The translations under genes were made by a program, and so were the position numbers. A stretch of DNA of 27,527 nucleotides. Source: a virus. Its lineage: Duplodnaviria; Caudoviricetes. The notes under the pieces were generated by a model. The model was not told the origin of the DNA. It made no database searches and saw only the letters and a program-made list of their open reading frames with translations. Shown here in pieces: positions 18,002-26,314 of the stretch (position 1 is its first letter; every line of letters starts with the position of its first letter). The stretch covers positions 1-27,527 of the IMG/VR virus record IMGVR_UViG_3300017911_000421. One strand, 5' to 3'.

Positions 18002-18035
18002 TCTGCTTCCTTTCTTTGTGTAAAAACGAAACTCT

Positions 18036-18044
18036 ATTGTATCA
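18036..18044 (-). promoter_or_regulatory. Candidate extended -10 promoter (TGaTACAAT) upstream of nrdJ
   Basis: Lies in one of the few intergenic gaps, followed by AAAGGAAG SD; no good -35. Confidence 0.45.
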
Positions 18045-18048
18045 CAAG

Positions 18049-18375
18049 TTAATGGCCTAGCACAGCATTAATTCTCTTTCTTACGTATTCTATTTCACCA
18101 GATCGTAAAACTTTGTAAGCAAACTCTCTCATGTAAGAAGGATCAACACCAGCATAGTCACAGACGTTTCTAAAATCGTCTGCAGTCACACCGATAGATG
18201 CAAAAAACCAAGCAATGGCTCTGTCACGTTCAATGACTGCCGTATCAGGCTCACCATCATACGTTGGCTTTGTTGCATCTAACAGTGCTTGAAGAAGTAC
18301 ACACAAGAATAGTGTTTGTTCAGGCGACTTTGGCTCGTTTATTTCTTGTTCTATTTCGATTATTTTTTCGATCAT
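18049..18375 (-). CDS. Conserved phage hypothetical protein, about 108 aa (start uncertain)
   Basis: PEQTLFLCVLLQALLDA...AIAWFF...DFRNVCDYAGVDPSY pattern; follows the endonuclease gene. Confidence 0.7.
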   Translation of the reverse strand: MIEKIIEIEQEINEPKSPEQTLFLCVLLQALLDATKPTYDGEPDTAVIERDRAIAWFFASIGVTADDFRNVCDYAGVDPSYMREFAYKVLRSGEIEYVRKRINAVLGH

Positions 18376-18766
18376 GAAACCATTCTTGGGGAATACCCTC
18401 TCCTTGTTTGCAATACAGGAAACCGTGTTTGTCACACCAATCTCCATAGGTCATCTTACCACCTTTATAAAGTTTCCTATTAGGATTATCAAAGACGAAT
18501 CTTATGTCGTAGTCCTTGCCGTACTGGTCACGAATAAACAAATGTTTCTTCCTGTCCTCTAGCATGAACCGTCCTTTAACTTCAAGTATGATACCATTAG
18601 GTAGAATAAAATCTGGTATGTATCTTTTGTTTTCAATCCAGACATATTCAATTGGATCGGTTTCATACTTGAAGTCGATGTTATTTTTTAGAAGAACTTG
18701 GGCAGTGTTGAACTCAGAGTTTGACCTGTACTGATGGTCTTTAACTTTCTTTGCTCGTTTTGCCAT
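18320..18766 (-). CDS. T7 gp3-like endonuclease I (Holliday junction resolvase)
   Basis: YRSNSE, FKYE, YIPDFILPNGIILEVKGRF...DRKKH, DIRFVF, TYGDWCDKHGF. Confidence 0.92.
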   Translation of the reverse strand: MAKRAKKVKDHQYRSNSEFNTAQVLLKNNIDFKYETDPIEYVWIENKRYIPDFILPNGIILEVKGRFMLEDRKKHLFIRDQYGKDYDIRFVFDNPNRKLYKGGKMTYGDWCDKHGFLYCKQGEGIPQEWFHDRKNNRNRTRNKRAKVA

Positions 18767-19626
18767 TACACAATCTCTTCTACGTTTGGTGTGTTCACTA
18801 CCTCAGTAAGATAACGAACATTGTTTGAGTATTGGAAGGCACGAAGACCAATCCCACCATTTGCATCTGACCAGCATTTCTCTTTGTGCTGACAGTAGAT
18901 ACAACCAACAGGAAGTTTTCGGTTACCTGACTTACCATCTGGCTCATCTGAGTAGCAACGAGCAGGTGGTGTAGTTGTCTTCAGCATTCCTTTCACATTA
19001 CCAATACGTTGTGCTGCATTGATCATGTGAACAGGTTCTACTTTCATTAGTGCCAGTTCACCAGATGATTTGTCGATAGCAAGAAAACCTGCTTCCGAAT
19101 CTTTGTCTGCTTCTGCATAGCCACTAATCTGTGCAATGTAACCGAAGGGGTCATCAAGATTTAGAGTACCTTCTTTGAACTTCTTGAAAGAGTAAGACGA
19201 TGCTGACTTCACATCAACAAGCATACCGTCAATACGACAATCTTTATGTCCTTTGACACCATCAATCTCAACTTCTTTCTGTTGTTCTGTAACATCATGA
19301 CCAGCCAACTGTGCCATGAGAATAACCAATGCTTCTAAGATGTCACCATACAAAAACTTAATCTTTGTTTGACCATCAATAGGTCTTGGCTCTACACCTT
19401 CTTGCATATCATACCACAGTTGTCGGTCTGGTTTACCGATCTGTGACATTCGCAGACGTTTTACTTTTCTCTGCTCGTTATCCTCTGGGCTGTACACTCG
19501 TTTGATTGACTGCCCAATGGCATTGACACATGCATGAATAGCATCTCTGTTTTGGATGTTGCCAGTGTTAACACCTTCTTCTAGTGTCTTATAGATGTCT
19601 TCAATCAGAGTATCTATTTTTTTCAT
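18766..19626 (-). CDS. PD-(D/E)XK exonuclease (Cas4/RecB-like), 286 aa (start moved to 19626)
   Basis: LRMSQIGKPDRQLWY, GHKDCRIDGMLVDVKSAS, YIAQISGY, C-terminal Cys cluster; AAGGAG SD and ATGA overlap. Confidence 0.85.
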   Translation of the reverse strand: MKKIDTLIEDIYKTLEEGVNTGNIQNRDAIHACVNAIGQSIKRVYSPEDNEQRKVKRLRMSQIGKPDRQLWYDMQEGVEPRPIDGQTKIKFLYGDILEALVILMAQLAGHDVTEQQKEVEIDGVKGHKDCRIDGMLVDVKSASSYSFKKFKEGTLNLDDPFGYIAQISGYAEADKDSEAGFLAIDKSSGELALMKVEPVHMINAAQRIGNVKGMLKTTTPPARCYSDEPDGKSGNRKLPVGCIYCQHKEKCWSDANGGIGLRAFQYSNNVRYLTEVVNTPNVEEIV

Positions 19627-19844
19627 TGTTGTTCTCCTTTCACCTCTATAAGTTTTGTTAGATACCACTGTGCTTTCTCCAGATCTTCTATACCGTTTTT
19701 GTAACGGTAACGCCAAAGATACTTCATAATGTTACCTTGAAGATAATACTCAAATCCATTTTCAGTAGCCGCCATGATTGCATCAATGCATTCAATACCA
19801 GCCTGATTGTAATGAGATGGATTGTTTACCATGTCTGTTGTCAT
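19623..19844 (-). CDS. DUF3310 / SaV-like protein (T7 gp1.7 nucleotide kinase-related), 73 aa
   Basis: DMVNNPSHY..GIECIDAI...GNIMKYLWRY..KNGIEDLEKAQWYL; AAGGAG SD before ATG 19844. Confidence 0.88.
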   Translation of the reverse strand: MTTDMVNNPSHYNQAGIECIDAIMAATENGFEYYLQGNIMKYLWRYRYKNGIEDLEKAQWYLTKLIEVKGEQQ

Positions 19845-19859
19845 ATTATCTCTCCTTTC

Positions 19860-19896
19860 AAAAAGTGTTGGCGTACCCACCCGAACTCAAGCCAAC
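19860..19896 (-). terminator. Possible terminator/attenuator hairpin downstream of ssb
   Basis: GTTGGC-18 nt-GCCAAC followed by ACTTTTT on the - strand; the loop is unusually large. Confidence 0.4.
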
Positions 19897-19943
19897 CCAC
19901 AGCCATATTCCTGATAATGCTGCTCCCTTGTTGATGTTGTTAT

Positions 19944-20441
19944 TTACGATGCAATGGATGTGCCGAAAGGAATGTCATCATCCATGGAAGCAAATGCATC
20001 GTCACCATCGTCTGACACAAAGCCATCTGGTACAACATCAAATGCATCATCCTCACTACCACCGTAAGGAATAAGGTTAACAACTTGTACTGCCATCAGG
20101 TCAGTACCTACACCTTTGTTACCTGCATACTCCCAATCGTAGGTCTTGAATGCAACGTTCACATCAGAACCATTACCAACAAGAGTACCAAGAATGTCAC
20201 GTTTGTTTGCATCCTTGAGTGCAGGTTGTTTGTTTTCAGAACCATCACGGCGTTTTACGTTACGTTTGATCTTAACGAAGTCGCCACGATCATCACCCTT
20301 GTTCTTGATGGGAAGGCCAAGTTGTTTTGCTTTAGCCAGTTGGTCACCCTCAAGTGCCAAGTCAACACTCCATACAGGTTCGTATGTGGTGTTAGGTGAA
20401 GAGATAGAAGCCCAATGTGCTTTACCTTTAAGTACGTTCAT
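19944..20441 (-). CDS. ssb: Single-stranded DNA-binding protein (T7 gp2.5/DUF2815-like), 165 aa
   Basis: GKAHWASISSPNT, VGNGSDVNV, LMAVQVVNLIPYGG, acidic tail with DDDIPF; AAGGAG SD before ATG 20441. Confidence 0.88.
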   Translation of the reverse strand: MNVLKGKAHWASISSPNTTYEPVWSVDLALEGDQLAKAKQLGLPIKNKGDDRGDFVKIKRNVKRRDGSENKQPALKDANKRDILGTLVGNGSDVNVAFKTYDWEYAGNKGVGTDLMAVQVVNLIPYGGSEDDAFDVVPDGFVSDDGDDAFASMDDDIPFGTSIAS

Positions 20442-20493
20442 ATTATTTCTCCTTTTCTTTCTGTGCAGTCCTTGCTGCTGATTTGATAACATA

Positions 20494-20522
20494 ATAGTAC
20501 AGGAATAAAATAGTCCTGTCAA
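20494..20522 (-). promoter_or_regulatory. Near-consensus sigma70 promoter for ssb with an inverted repeat across the spacer
   Basis: TTGACA(20522-20517)-17 nt-TACTAT(20499-20494) in the intergenic gap; ACAGGA-N9-TCCTGT at 20499-20519. Confidence 0.8.
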
Positions 20523-20528
20523 CACTAA

Positions 20529-22178
20529 TTAATGAGTTTCTGCCCAGTTGTCTCCAACTTTATATTCACTATCCAATGGACACCGAACATTCAGTTCTTT
20601 CTCAACCTTCTTCATTGCTGATTGTGTTAAGAAGCCAAACCGTTCTACTTGTTCAGCACGAACCTCGAACTGATACTCATCGTGGATTGACGCAACAAGA
20701 CGATAATCAAAGTCTCGTTGCGTCATTAAAGTTATTTGCCGTAACCATTCTTTGCAGATGATAGCACCTGCTCCCTGAAGCAAAAGATTTACGGCGGCAT
20801 GTTGTTGCCGAACTTTCAACAACCTGCCATCAAGACCACGAACATATCCATTCTGTGCCGCCGCATCAACTCTATCACGCAGTTGTTGAAGTGCTGGCAT
20901 ATTTCTCATGAACCTGTTCATAATCATCTTACCTTCCTTTGCACCACCACCTACGATAGAACCAATCTTTGCTGGTCCTGCACCGTAGATAAGTGCATAG
21001 ATGAAGGTCTTGGCTTGGTCACGTGTTTGTAACCCTGCCATCTTCTGATTGGCTGTATGGATGTCACCACCCACAACCTCTTCAGTGAAGGACTGATCGC
21101 CCATGTAATGAGCCAGACACCGAAGTTCCAGAGAAGATGCATCACACCCTAACAATTTGTATTCAGGGCTTGTCGTAGTCCAGACTGCCCGACACTCCTT
21201 GCCGTATGGGGAATAAACGGCTGGGATTTGTGCCATGTTTGGACTGTGGTGTGCCATCCTTCCAGAGATTGCCTTGAGGGTCATCACACGTCCATGAACC
21301 TTGCCATCTTCTTTGACGACATCAATCCAAGACTGTATCTGTGATACCCTCTTTTGAAGCAGAAGATACCTTGCAATCTTTTGTGCCTCTGGAATGTCCA
21401 CATTTTTCAATGTGCCTTCATCCACAATCGGATGACCAGTAGGCGTAAAGTTAGTAGGCTTCCATCCCTTCTCCATCAAACGGCTTGCAATCTGTTGTCT
21501 AGAGCCGGGATTGAATACTGTAACTTTATCCTTCAACCTGTTGCCTGTCTTTTCAGAGTATCGTTCTTCGACAATAGGTGGAAAGATCTGTTGCATTTCT
21601 TCTTCGATCTTCATTGCTTCTTCTGATAATCTTGCCACAAGACAAGATGCTTCCTTAACGTTCAAAGTGAAACCATTCTTTTCCTGCCTGTCTACAATGG
21701 CACGAATGGTATGTTCAAGTTCTATGCTTCTTTGCGAAAACTTTTTAAGCATTGGAATTAGGTGCTTATAAAGTTTTACCGTCAGTTTCACATCGTTAAC
21801 ACAGTACTTTAACATCTCCTCAGAGAACGTTGAGAAATCTTTGAAATCCATTTTAGGAAACCCAAGCCGAGTTCCCCAAGCATCAAGTGAGTGACCACCA
21901 TCAAGTGATGGATCGGAAAGTTGTGACAGGATAAGAGTGTCACGAACCTGTGAAGGTTTGATCTTGCTTCCTGTTAGCCGATTCAGAACAGGGGCATCGA
22001 AGGAGATGCCGTTGTGCATAATGAAGACATCATACTGGTCAGCCAGTTTAGGAAAGGACATGACTTCATTATTACGAAACACATACCCCTGCCCTGAATC
22101 AACATCTTGGGCGGCGATACAGTGGATGACTGTCGCATCAAGATCATCTGTTTCAATATCTACCGCAAGTTTTTTCAT
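20529..22178 (-). CDS. polA: Family A DNA polymerase with 3'-5' exonuclease
   Basis: DIET, HNGISFD, YCVND exonuclease motifs; motif A DASSLELR, motif B RDQAKTFIYALIYGAG, motif C IHDE. Confidence 0.97.
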   Translation of the reverse strand: MKKLAVDIETDDLDATVIHCIAAQDVDSGQGYVFRNNEVMSFPKLADQYDVFIMHNGISFDAPVLNRLTGSKIKPSQVRDTLILSQLSDPSLDGGHSLDAWGTRLGFPKMDFKDFSTFSEEMLKYCVNDVKLTVKLYKHLIPMLKKFSQRSIELEHTIRAIVDRQEKNGFTLNVKEASCLVARLSEEAMKIEEEMQQIFPPIVEERYSEKTGNRLKDKVTVFNPGSRQQIASRLMEKGWKPTNFTPTGHPIVDEGTLKNVDIPEAQKIARYLLLQKRVSQIQSWIDVVKEDGKVHGRVMTLKAISGRMAHHSPNMAQIPAVYSPYGKECRAVWTTTSPEYKLLGCDASSLELRCLAHYMGDQSFTEEVVGGDIHTANQKMAGLQTRDQAKTFIYALIYGAGPAKIGSIVGGGAKEGKMIMNRFMRNMPALQQLRDRVDAAAQNGYVRGLDGRLLKVRQQHAAVNLLLQGAGAIICKEWLRQITLMTQRDFDYRLVASIHDEYQFEVRAEQVERFGFLTQSAMKKVEKELNVRCPLDSEYKVGDNWAETH

Positions 22179-22645
22179 AACTTTACCAACTCTGCTTTCT
22201 CATATGGAATGTGGAAGAAGTGCTCACCCTCTTTGATGTATCTGCCTTTTGCTTCTTTCACTTCCGATTCTTCTACAACATAGTCTTTGATTCTCCATGC
22301 ATACTCTAAGTCACTTCTTAGAATATAGAAGTTAAAGAAAGGACGACTATCAAGAGCATGAACCTGATTGATTAGTCTGTACTTTCTATATGGAATCCTA
22401 ATCTCTTTCCAACTAGGATTCCAATCACCCTTCCAAGCATATTTAATCTCAACCTCACTGAAGTACATATTATCGTTCTTTTTGCTTTTGATGTCAACAT
22501 TAAAGTCTTCTTCTGCAGAAAGAATTTCATGTCCATTGTTAGTGAGATAGTTCACCACCTTAGACTTGGCTGGTGCATCAGCCATGTCATAAAGTCTTCG
22601 GGAGAAAGGTCTTTTGACTGCTCCCTGTATTGGTTTTAGTGTCAT
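22175..22645 (-). CDS. Hypothetical protein, possible PD-(D/E)XK nuclease fold, 156 aa
   Basis: VDI...FSEVEIK pattern; ATGA-coupled between the primase-helicase and polymerase genes. Confidence 0.5.
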   Translation of the reverse strand: MTLKPIQGAVKRPFSRRLYDMADAPAKSKVVNYLTNNGHEILSAEEDFNVDIKSKKNDNMYFSEVEIKYAWKGDWNPSWKEIRIPYRKYRLINQVHALDSRPFFNFYILRSDLEYAWRIKDYVVEESEVKEAKGRYIKEGEHFFHIPYEKAELVKL

Positions 22646-24282
22646 AGGAAATCTCCCAAGTCTGTTTGTTCTTCATCCATATCAAATGGATTCTCAATCT
22701 CAGTCATACGTCCTGTGTCCTTATCATACTGAAGATAAGTAGCCACACCTGTCTCACCTGCATAACGGTTCTTCAGAACACGAACAGTTGTGGTGTTAGC
22801 AGTCACAGGATCATTTGCCTGTTGGTCTCGTTCTAAGGCGATTACAGCATCACTAATCTGTGCAATGCTATGTGACCCTCGTAGCATGGACAAACTAATC
22901 TCCTTGCCCTGCTCTTGGCCTTTGTCGCCTGATGCACGTCTTAGGTGTGATACGAGTAACATTGCACACCGTGTCTCTTCAACCAGTGACCGAAGTTTGG
23001 TCATCAGTTGGTCAATGTTTCGGCGTTCATCTTCACCCTCAAGACCTGACACAAGGATGGACAGGTGGTCAAGAATGATAAACTTACAATCCAAAGCCTT
23101 GACCATGTAACGAACACGGTTCAGGATTTCGTCAGTTGTGATTGACCCGAAGTGATCGAAGGCAAAGTATCTGCCAGTACGAATGGTAGGGTCTTCAAAC
23201 TTACGAAGTTCTTCCTTTGTATACTTATCACGAATCTCTTTGATGTACAGTCGGTCACTAGCCGCCACAGACATCAGATGGAATGCAGTCTGTCGTTTGT
23301 TTTCTTCCAGACTGAAGATACCAATGTTGTGTTCAGAGTTTACCAACAGGTGATACATCAGTTCACGCATCATGCTGGACTTACCTGCACCTGTACCTGC
23401 AGTGAATGTCACAAGTTCACCAGTACGAAGACCAAACAGTTTCTCGTTCAAGCCATCGTATGGATACAGTACAGTCTCCACATCTTCTTCGTTATACAGG
23501 TCATCAGCAATGTCGGCAAGGTTTACAATCCCTGCTGGTGTGTATGGCTTTGCATCCCACCATGCACGAGTAAACTCTTCCCTCTTGTTGTCTTTGATGT
23601 ATTCGTTTGCATCTTTCTTTGTCATCTTCATGATCAAACATTTGTTAGGCTCGAATACCTGTGCCACCTGATTGGCGGCTTTCTTGCCATGCTCGTCATT
23701 ATCAAAACAGATAACAATCTTATCGAAGCCATTGAGGTATTCGTAGTTTGCCTTGATGTCTTTCAGAGCAGACTGAGCACCAGACTTTACTGAGAGTACA
23801 GGCCACTTAGAACCCAGCATCTCAAAGGCAGACATAGCATCAATCTCACCTTCACAGATGGTCACGAACTTACCACGATTGGAAAACTTGTGCTGACCAA
23901 ACAGTTTGGCAGGGGGAAGAGAGCCTTCAACAAAGAAAGACTTTGTGCTGGTCTGTCGTACCTTGTTAGCCACAAGTGAACCCGAATCATCATGGTAAGG
24001 GTAGATGTGTTTGTCACCACGAACAGTGACACCGTAAAACTTACAGGTGTTTTCAGAAATCTTCCTATCGGTCAATGGCTGATAGTTTCCTTCTGTGAAG
24101 TGGTTTTGATATACACCCTTTACAGGTGCTTGTTGTCTGTCAGGCATTGCAGTCATGTTATCTCCTTTCGAGTAAGTCTGACAAGAGAAACAATAAGTAC
24201 TATTGTCCTCATATAATACATTAGCATCAGATGAACCACATGATTCACATTCACCTCTGCTAATAACTTTCGATGAAGTCAT
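22642..24282 (-). CDS. T7 gp4-like DNA primase-helicase
   Basis: Zn ribbon CESC...CFSC, TOPRIM CEGEIDAMS / FDND, Walker A AGTGAGKS, SLEE, ILDHLS, LRGSHSIAQISD, VLKNRYAG. Confidence 0.97.
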   Translation of the reverse strand: MTSSKVISRGECESCGSSDANVLYEDNSTYCFSCQTYSKGDNMTAMPDRQQAPVKGVYQNHFTEGNYQPLTDRKISENTCKFYGVTVRGDKHIYPYHDDSGSLVANKVRQTSTKSFFVEGSLPPAKLFGQHKFSNRGKFVTICEGEIDAMSAFEMLGSKWPVLSVKSGAQSALKDIKANYEYLNGFDKIVICFDNDEHGKKAANQVAQVFEPNKCLIMKMTKKDANEYIKDNKREEFTRAWWDAKPYTPAGIVNLADIADDLYNEEDVETVLYPYDGLNEKLFGLRTGELVTFTAGTGAGKSSMMRELMYHLLVNSEHNIGIFSLEENKRQTAFHLMSVAASDRLYIKEIRDKYTKEELRKFEDPTIRTGRYFAFDHFGSITTDEILNRVRYMVKALDCKFIILDHLSILVSGLEGEDERRNIDQLMTKLRSLVEETRCAMLLVSHLRRASGDKGQEQGKEISLSMLRGSHSIAQISDAVIALERDQQANDPVTANTTTVRVLKNRYAGETGVATYLQYDKDTGRMTEIENPFDMDEEQTDLGDFL

Positions 24283-24487
24283 CTTCTATCTCCTCTCCTG
24301 TGTCTGCGAAGTATATTCGATTCAGTTCATCGTTGTCAAGCACAAACAAACAGTTGCCCTCGACATAGGTTTTGAAACCAAGAGCACCAGCAAGTCTGGC
24401 TTGATGTTCAAACCAATTCATGTAGTCATGACACTGGTCAAACAACTCTGCTTCTGTTGTCTTTGTTCTTGTGTAGATGTCTATCAC
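24260..24487 (-). CDS. Hypothetical protein, 75 aa
   Basis: GTG start overlapping the mazG stop (GTGA), GGAG SD. Confidence 0.7.
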   Translation of the reverse strand: MIDIYTRTKTTEAELFDQCHDYMNWFEHQARLAGALGFKTYVEGNCLFVLDNDELNRIYFADTGEEIEDDFIESY

Positions 24488-24816
24488 CGTTTATCTCCAC
24501 TCCCACCAAGTTTACCACGGCTTGCACGATCAGCCAGTTTAGATAGGTTATTCATGGCAATGGTCTCAAGAGATTGACCACAGGCTTCAGCCAATGCTGC
24601 GATATACCAGAGCACATCACCAAGTTCATCAGCAATATCCATTCGTTTGTGATGCATCTCTTCTTCTGTTGCACCATCACGAATGATTTTCTTTACCTTG
24701 TTAGCAACCTCTCCTGCTTCACCAGCAAGACCAAGAGCAGGATAAGAAAACTGCTCACTCTTAGGGAAGATAGCAGTCTCCATAGCCTTCTTGTGATATT
24801 CATTTAGTGTCATCAT
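24484..24816 (-). CDS. mazG: MazG-like nucleotide pyrophosphohydrolase, 110 aa (start moved to 24816)
   Basis: [16 protein letters not shown]...DELGDVLWY...[21 protein letters not shown]; AAGGAG SD. Confidence 0.9.
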   Translation of the reverse strand: MMTLNEYHKKAMETAIFPKSEQFSYPALGLAGEAGEVANKVKKIIRDGATEEEMHHKRMDIADELGDVLWYIAALAEACGQSLETIAMNNLSKLADRASRGKLGGSGDKR

Positions 24817-24817
24817 A

Positions 24818-25054
24818 TTACTCTCCTTCTCTCTCATTACAGGTAGGAGTTTTGTCAAACATATAACCCAATACCCAATCTTCTGCAATTCGTTCTGCTT
24901 TATCTTCTGCAATAGGTACTTCAACTCTACCGATAATCTCACCCCTATCTGCAAACAGAACCTCATACACATGGTCTTCCACCTTGCTCACTGTTGCTTC
25001 TCTGTGAACAAACTCACCGATACCATGAAACTCATGCAATAACTTAGTAGTCAT
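24818..25054 (-). CDS. Hypothetical protein, about 78 aa
   Basis: AAGGA SD favours ATG 25054; [11 protein letters not shown] motif. Confidence 0.7.
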   Translation of the reverse strand: MTTKLLHEFHGIGEFVHREATVSKVEDHVYEVLFADRGEIIGRVEVPIAEDKAERIAEDWVLGYMFDKTPTCNEREGE

Positions 25055-25229
25055 CTCGTTCATCCTTCATTGCCACACCCATTGCAAACTCAGCATTGTC
25101 AGCCATGATGTCATCGGCTTCTTCCTTTGCCAGTTTCTTTGCTTCTTTCTGGTCATACCCTTCATCCAAATACTGGTGATAGAGTTCCCGAAACAGTCGT
25201 TTACGATCTTTTTCCCACAGGTTCTGCAT
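25044..25229 (-). CDS. Hypothetical helical protein, 61 aa
   Basis: AAGGAG SD; YLDEGYDQKEAKKLAKEE. Confidence 0.75.
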   Translation of the reverse strand: MQNLWEKDRKRLFRELYHQYLDEGYDQKEAKKLAKEEADDIMADNAEFAMGVAMKDERDDY

Positions 25230-25244
25230 AATTATTCTCCTTTC

Positions 25245-25442
25245 TTATTCCAGACCAATGCTGACATCTTGTTCAAAGTAATACTGTGCCAGCCCTTCAA
25301 GAAAACTATTGATGTCTTCTAGGGGTATTTCGTGCAGAGGTTTGTCTGCAACGTGTTCAATGTAGTTAGCATCCATCCATGATATTTCTTCATGAGATGA
25401 ATAAGGTTCAGTAAGTGGTGTTGCTGTAACATAGGTAAACAT
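25245..25442 (-). CDS. Hypothetical acidic protein, 65 aa
   Basis: AAAGGA SD favours ATG 25442 over 25481. Confidence 0.65.
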   Translation of the reverse strand: MFTYVTATPLTEPYSSHEEISWMDANYIEHVADKPLHEIPLEDINSFLEGLAQYYFEQDVSIGLE

Positions 25443-25455
25443 AGTCTTTCCTTTC

Positions 25456-25698
25456 TTATTTAAACCTACCGTAATATCCATTTGTTACTTCTTGTAACAC
25501 ACGAATAAGTTCTTCTACTGTACCAATGGTGGCACAGTTTTTCCCAACTCTGGAATCATAATTATCATCCATTGCTTGAGCATCAATGTCAGTGTAATTC
25601 CACATCATCATTTCAACTTTCTGTCCACTCTGTGTTAGACAAATGCAAGGCCTTTCAAATCCTGACATATTTTCAACATCGAAATCTAATGTAATCAT
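25456..25698 (-). CDS. Hypothetical protein, 80 aa
   Basis: GAGGAG SD; tightly packed early-gene array. Confidence 0.7.
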   Translation of the reverse strand: MITLDFDVENMSGFERPCICLTQSGQKVEMMMWNYTDIDAQAMDDNYDSRVGKNCATIGTVEELIRVLQEVTNGYYGRFK

Positions 25699-25709
25699 TC
25701 AACACTCCT

Positions 25710-25892
25710 CTATGATAGTTGTACTTCTTCTGGATGGTCAAAGAAACCTTCTTCAACAACCTCTGTATATGTAGGTTGCTCCATTTCCATTGCAAGGTCT
25801 AAGGCTTCATCTTTATTTTCTGCATCCACCATATAACCTCGTTCATAGACTACATATCCAGTGATCAGGTATTTCTTTTTTGTTTTAGTCAT
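25710..25892 (-). CDS. Small acidic protein with VDAENKDEA motif (DpnD/PcfM-like), 60 aa
   Basis: GGAG SD and ATGA overlap with the hydrolase stop. Confidence 0.65.
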   Translation of the reverse strand: MTKTKKKYLITGYVVYERGYMVDAENKDEALDLAMEMEQPTYTEVVEEGFFDHPEEVQLS

Positions 25893-26314
25893 GGTTGCTC
25901 CCATCTGTAAAAGATATGGTCACCTACCTGACCTATCTTGGTTTTGCTTTCTGCCCATTCAGGGTGCACATACTCTGCATGGTAGTGTGTTGCACCTTCA
26001 AGGTAGTCTTCCATATTACCATAGTACACAGTCGTTGCAACATTTATTGCACGATTCCATGCCTCTTGGTCTCTTGGTTTGTCACTCTTGCCATCACAGT
26101 ACCAACTAAACTGGCATCTGTTTCGGACAGGAAAACCTTCACTCCAAGAATATGTAAGGCCTTGCCTTACAACTTCACATACTGTGTCTGGGTATCGGTT
26201 GTCTTCCACCCTGTTCATGACTACCTGTGCCACTGCAACCTGTCCTATCAGGGGCTGGTCACGAGCCTCAAAGTAAACATTCAGGGCAAGACAAGTAATT
26301 GTTTCAACTAGCAT
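25889..26314 (-). CDS. SleB-like cell wall hydrolase (Hydrolase_2), 141 aa
   Basis: CLALNVYFEARDQ..GQVAVAQVVMNRV...YPDTVCEVV...CQFSWYCDGK...GATHYHA.YVHPEWA...GDHIFY; TAATG coupling at 26314. Confidence 0.92.
   Translation of the reverse strand: MLVETITCLALNVYFEARDQPLIGQVAVAQVVMNRVEDNRYPDTVCEVVRQGLTYSWSEGFPVRNRCQFSWYCDGKSDKPRDQEAWNRAINVATTVYYGNMEDYLEGATHYHAEYVHPEWAESKTKIGQVGDHIFYRWEQP

Noticed and set aside
18766-19626. Cas4-like gene as evidence of a CRISPR system
   Set aside because: No repeat-spacer array or other cas genes; the context is a standard phage replication module.
19627-19716. Longer N-termini in the ORF track (exonuclease 19716; also ssb 20525, mazG 24972, DUF1127 14991, DUF3310 19880)
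   Set aside because: Downstream ATGs have strong SDs and/or stop-start overlaps; the extensions overlap other genes or promoters.
23152-23793. 213-aa + strand ORF and the other antisense ORFs within primase, polymerase, nrdJ and GT genes
   Set aside because: Antisense shadows of well-supported genes, with no SD or motifs.
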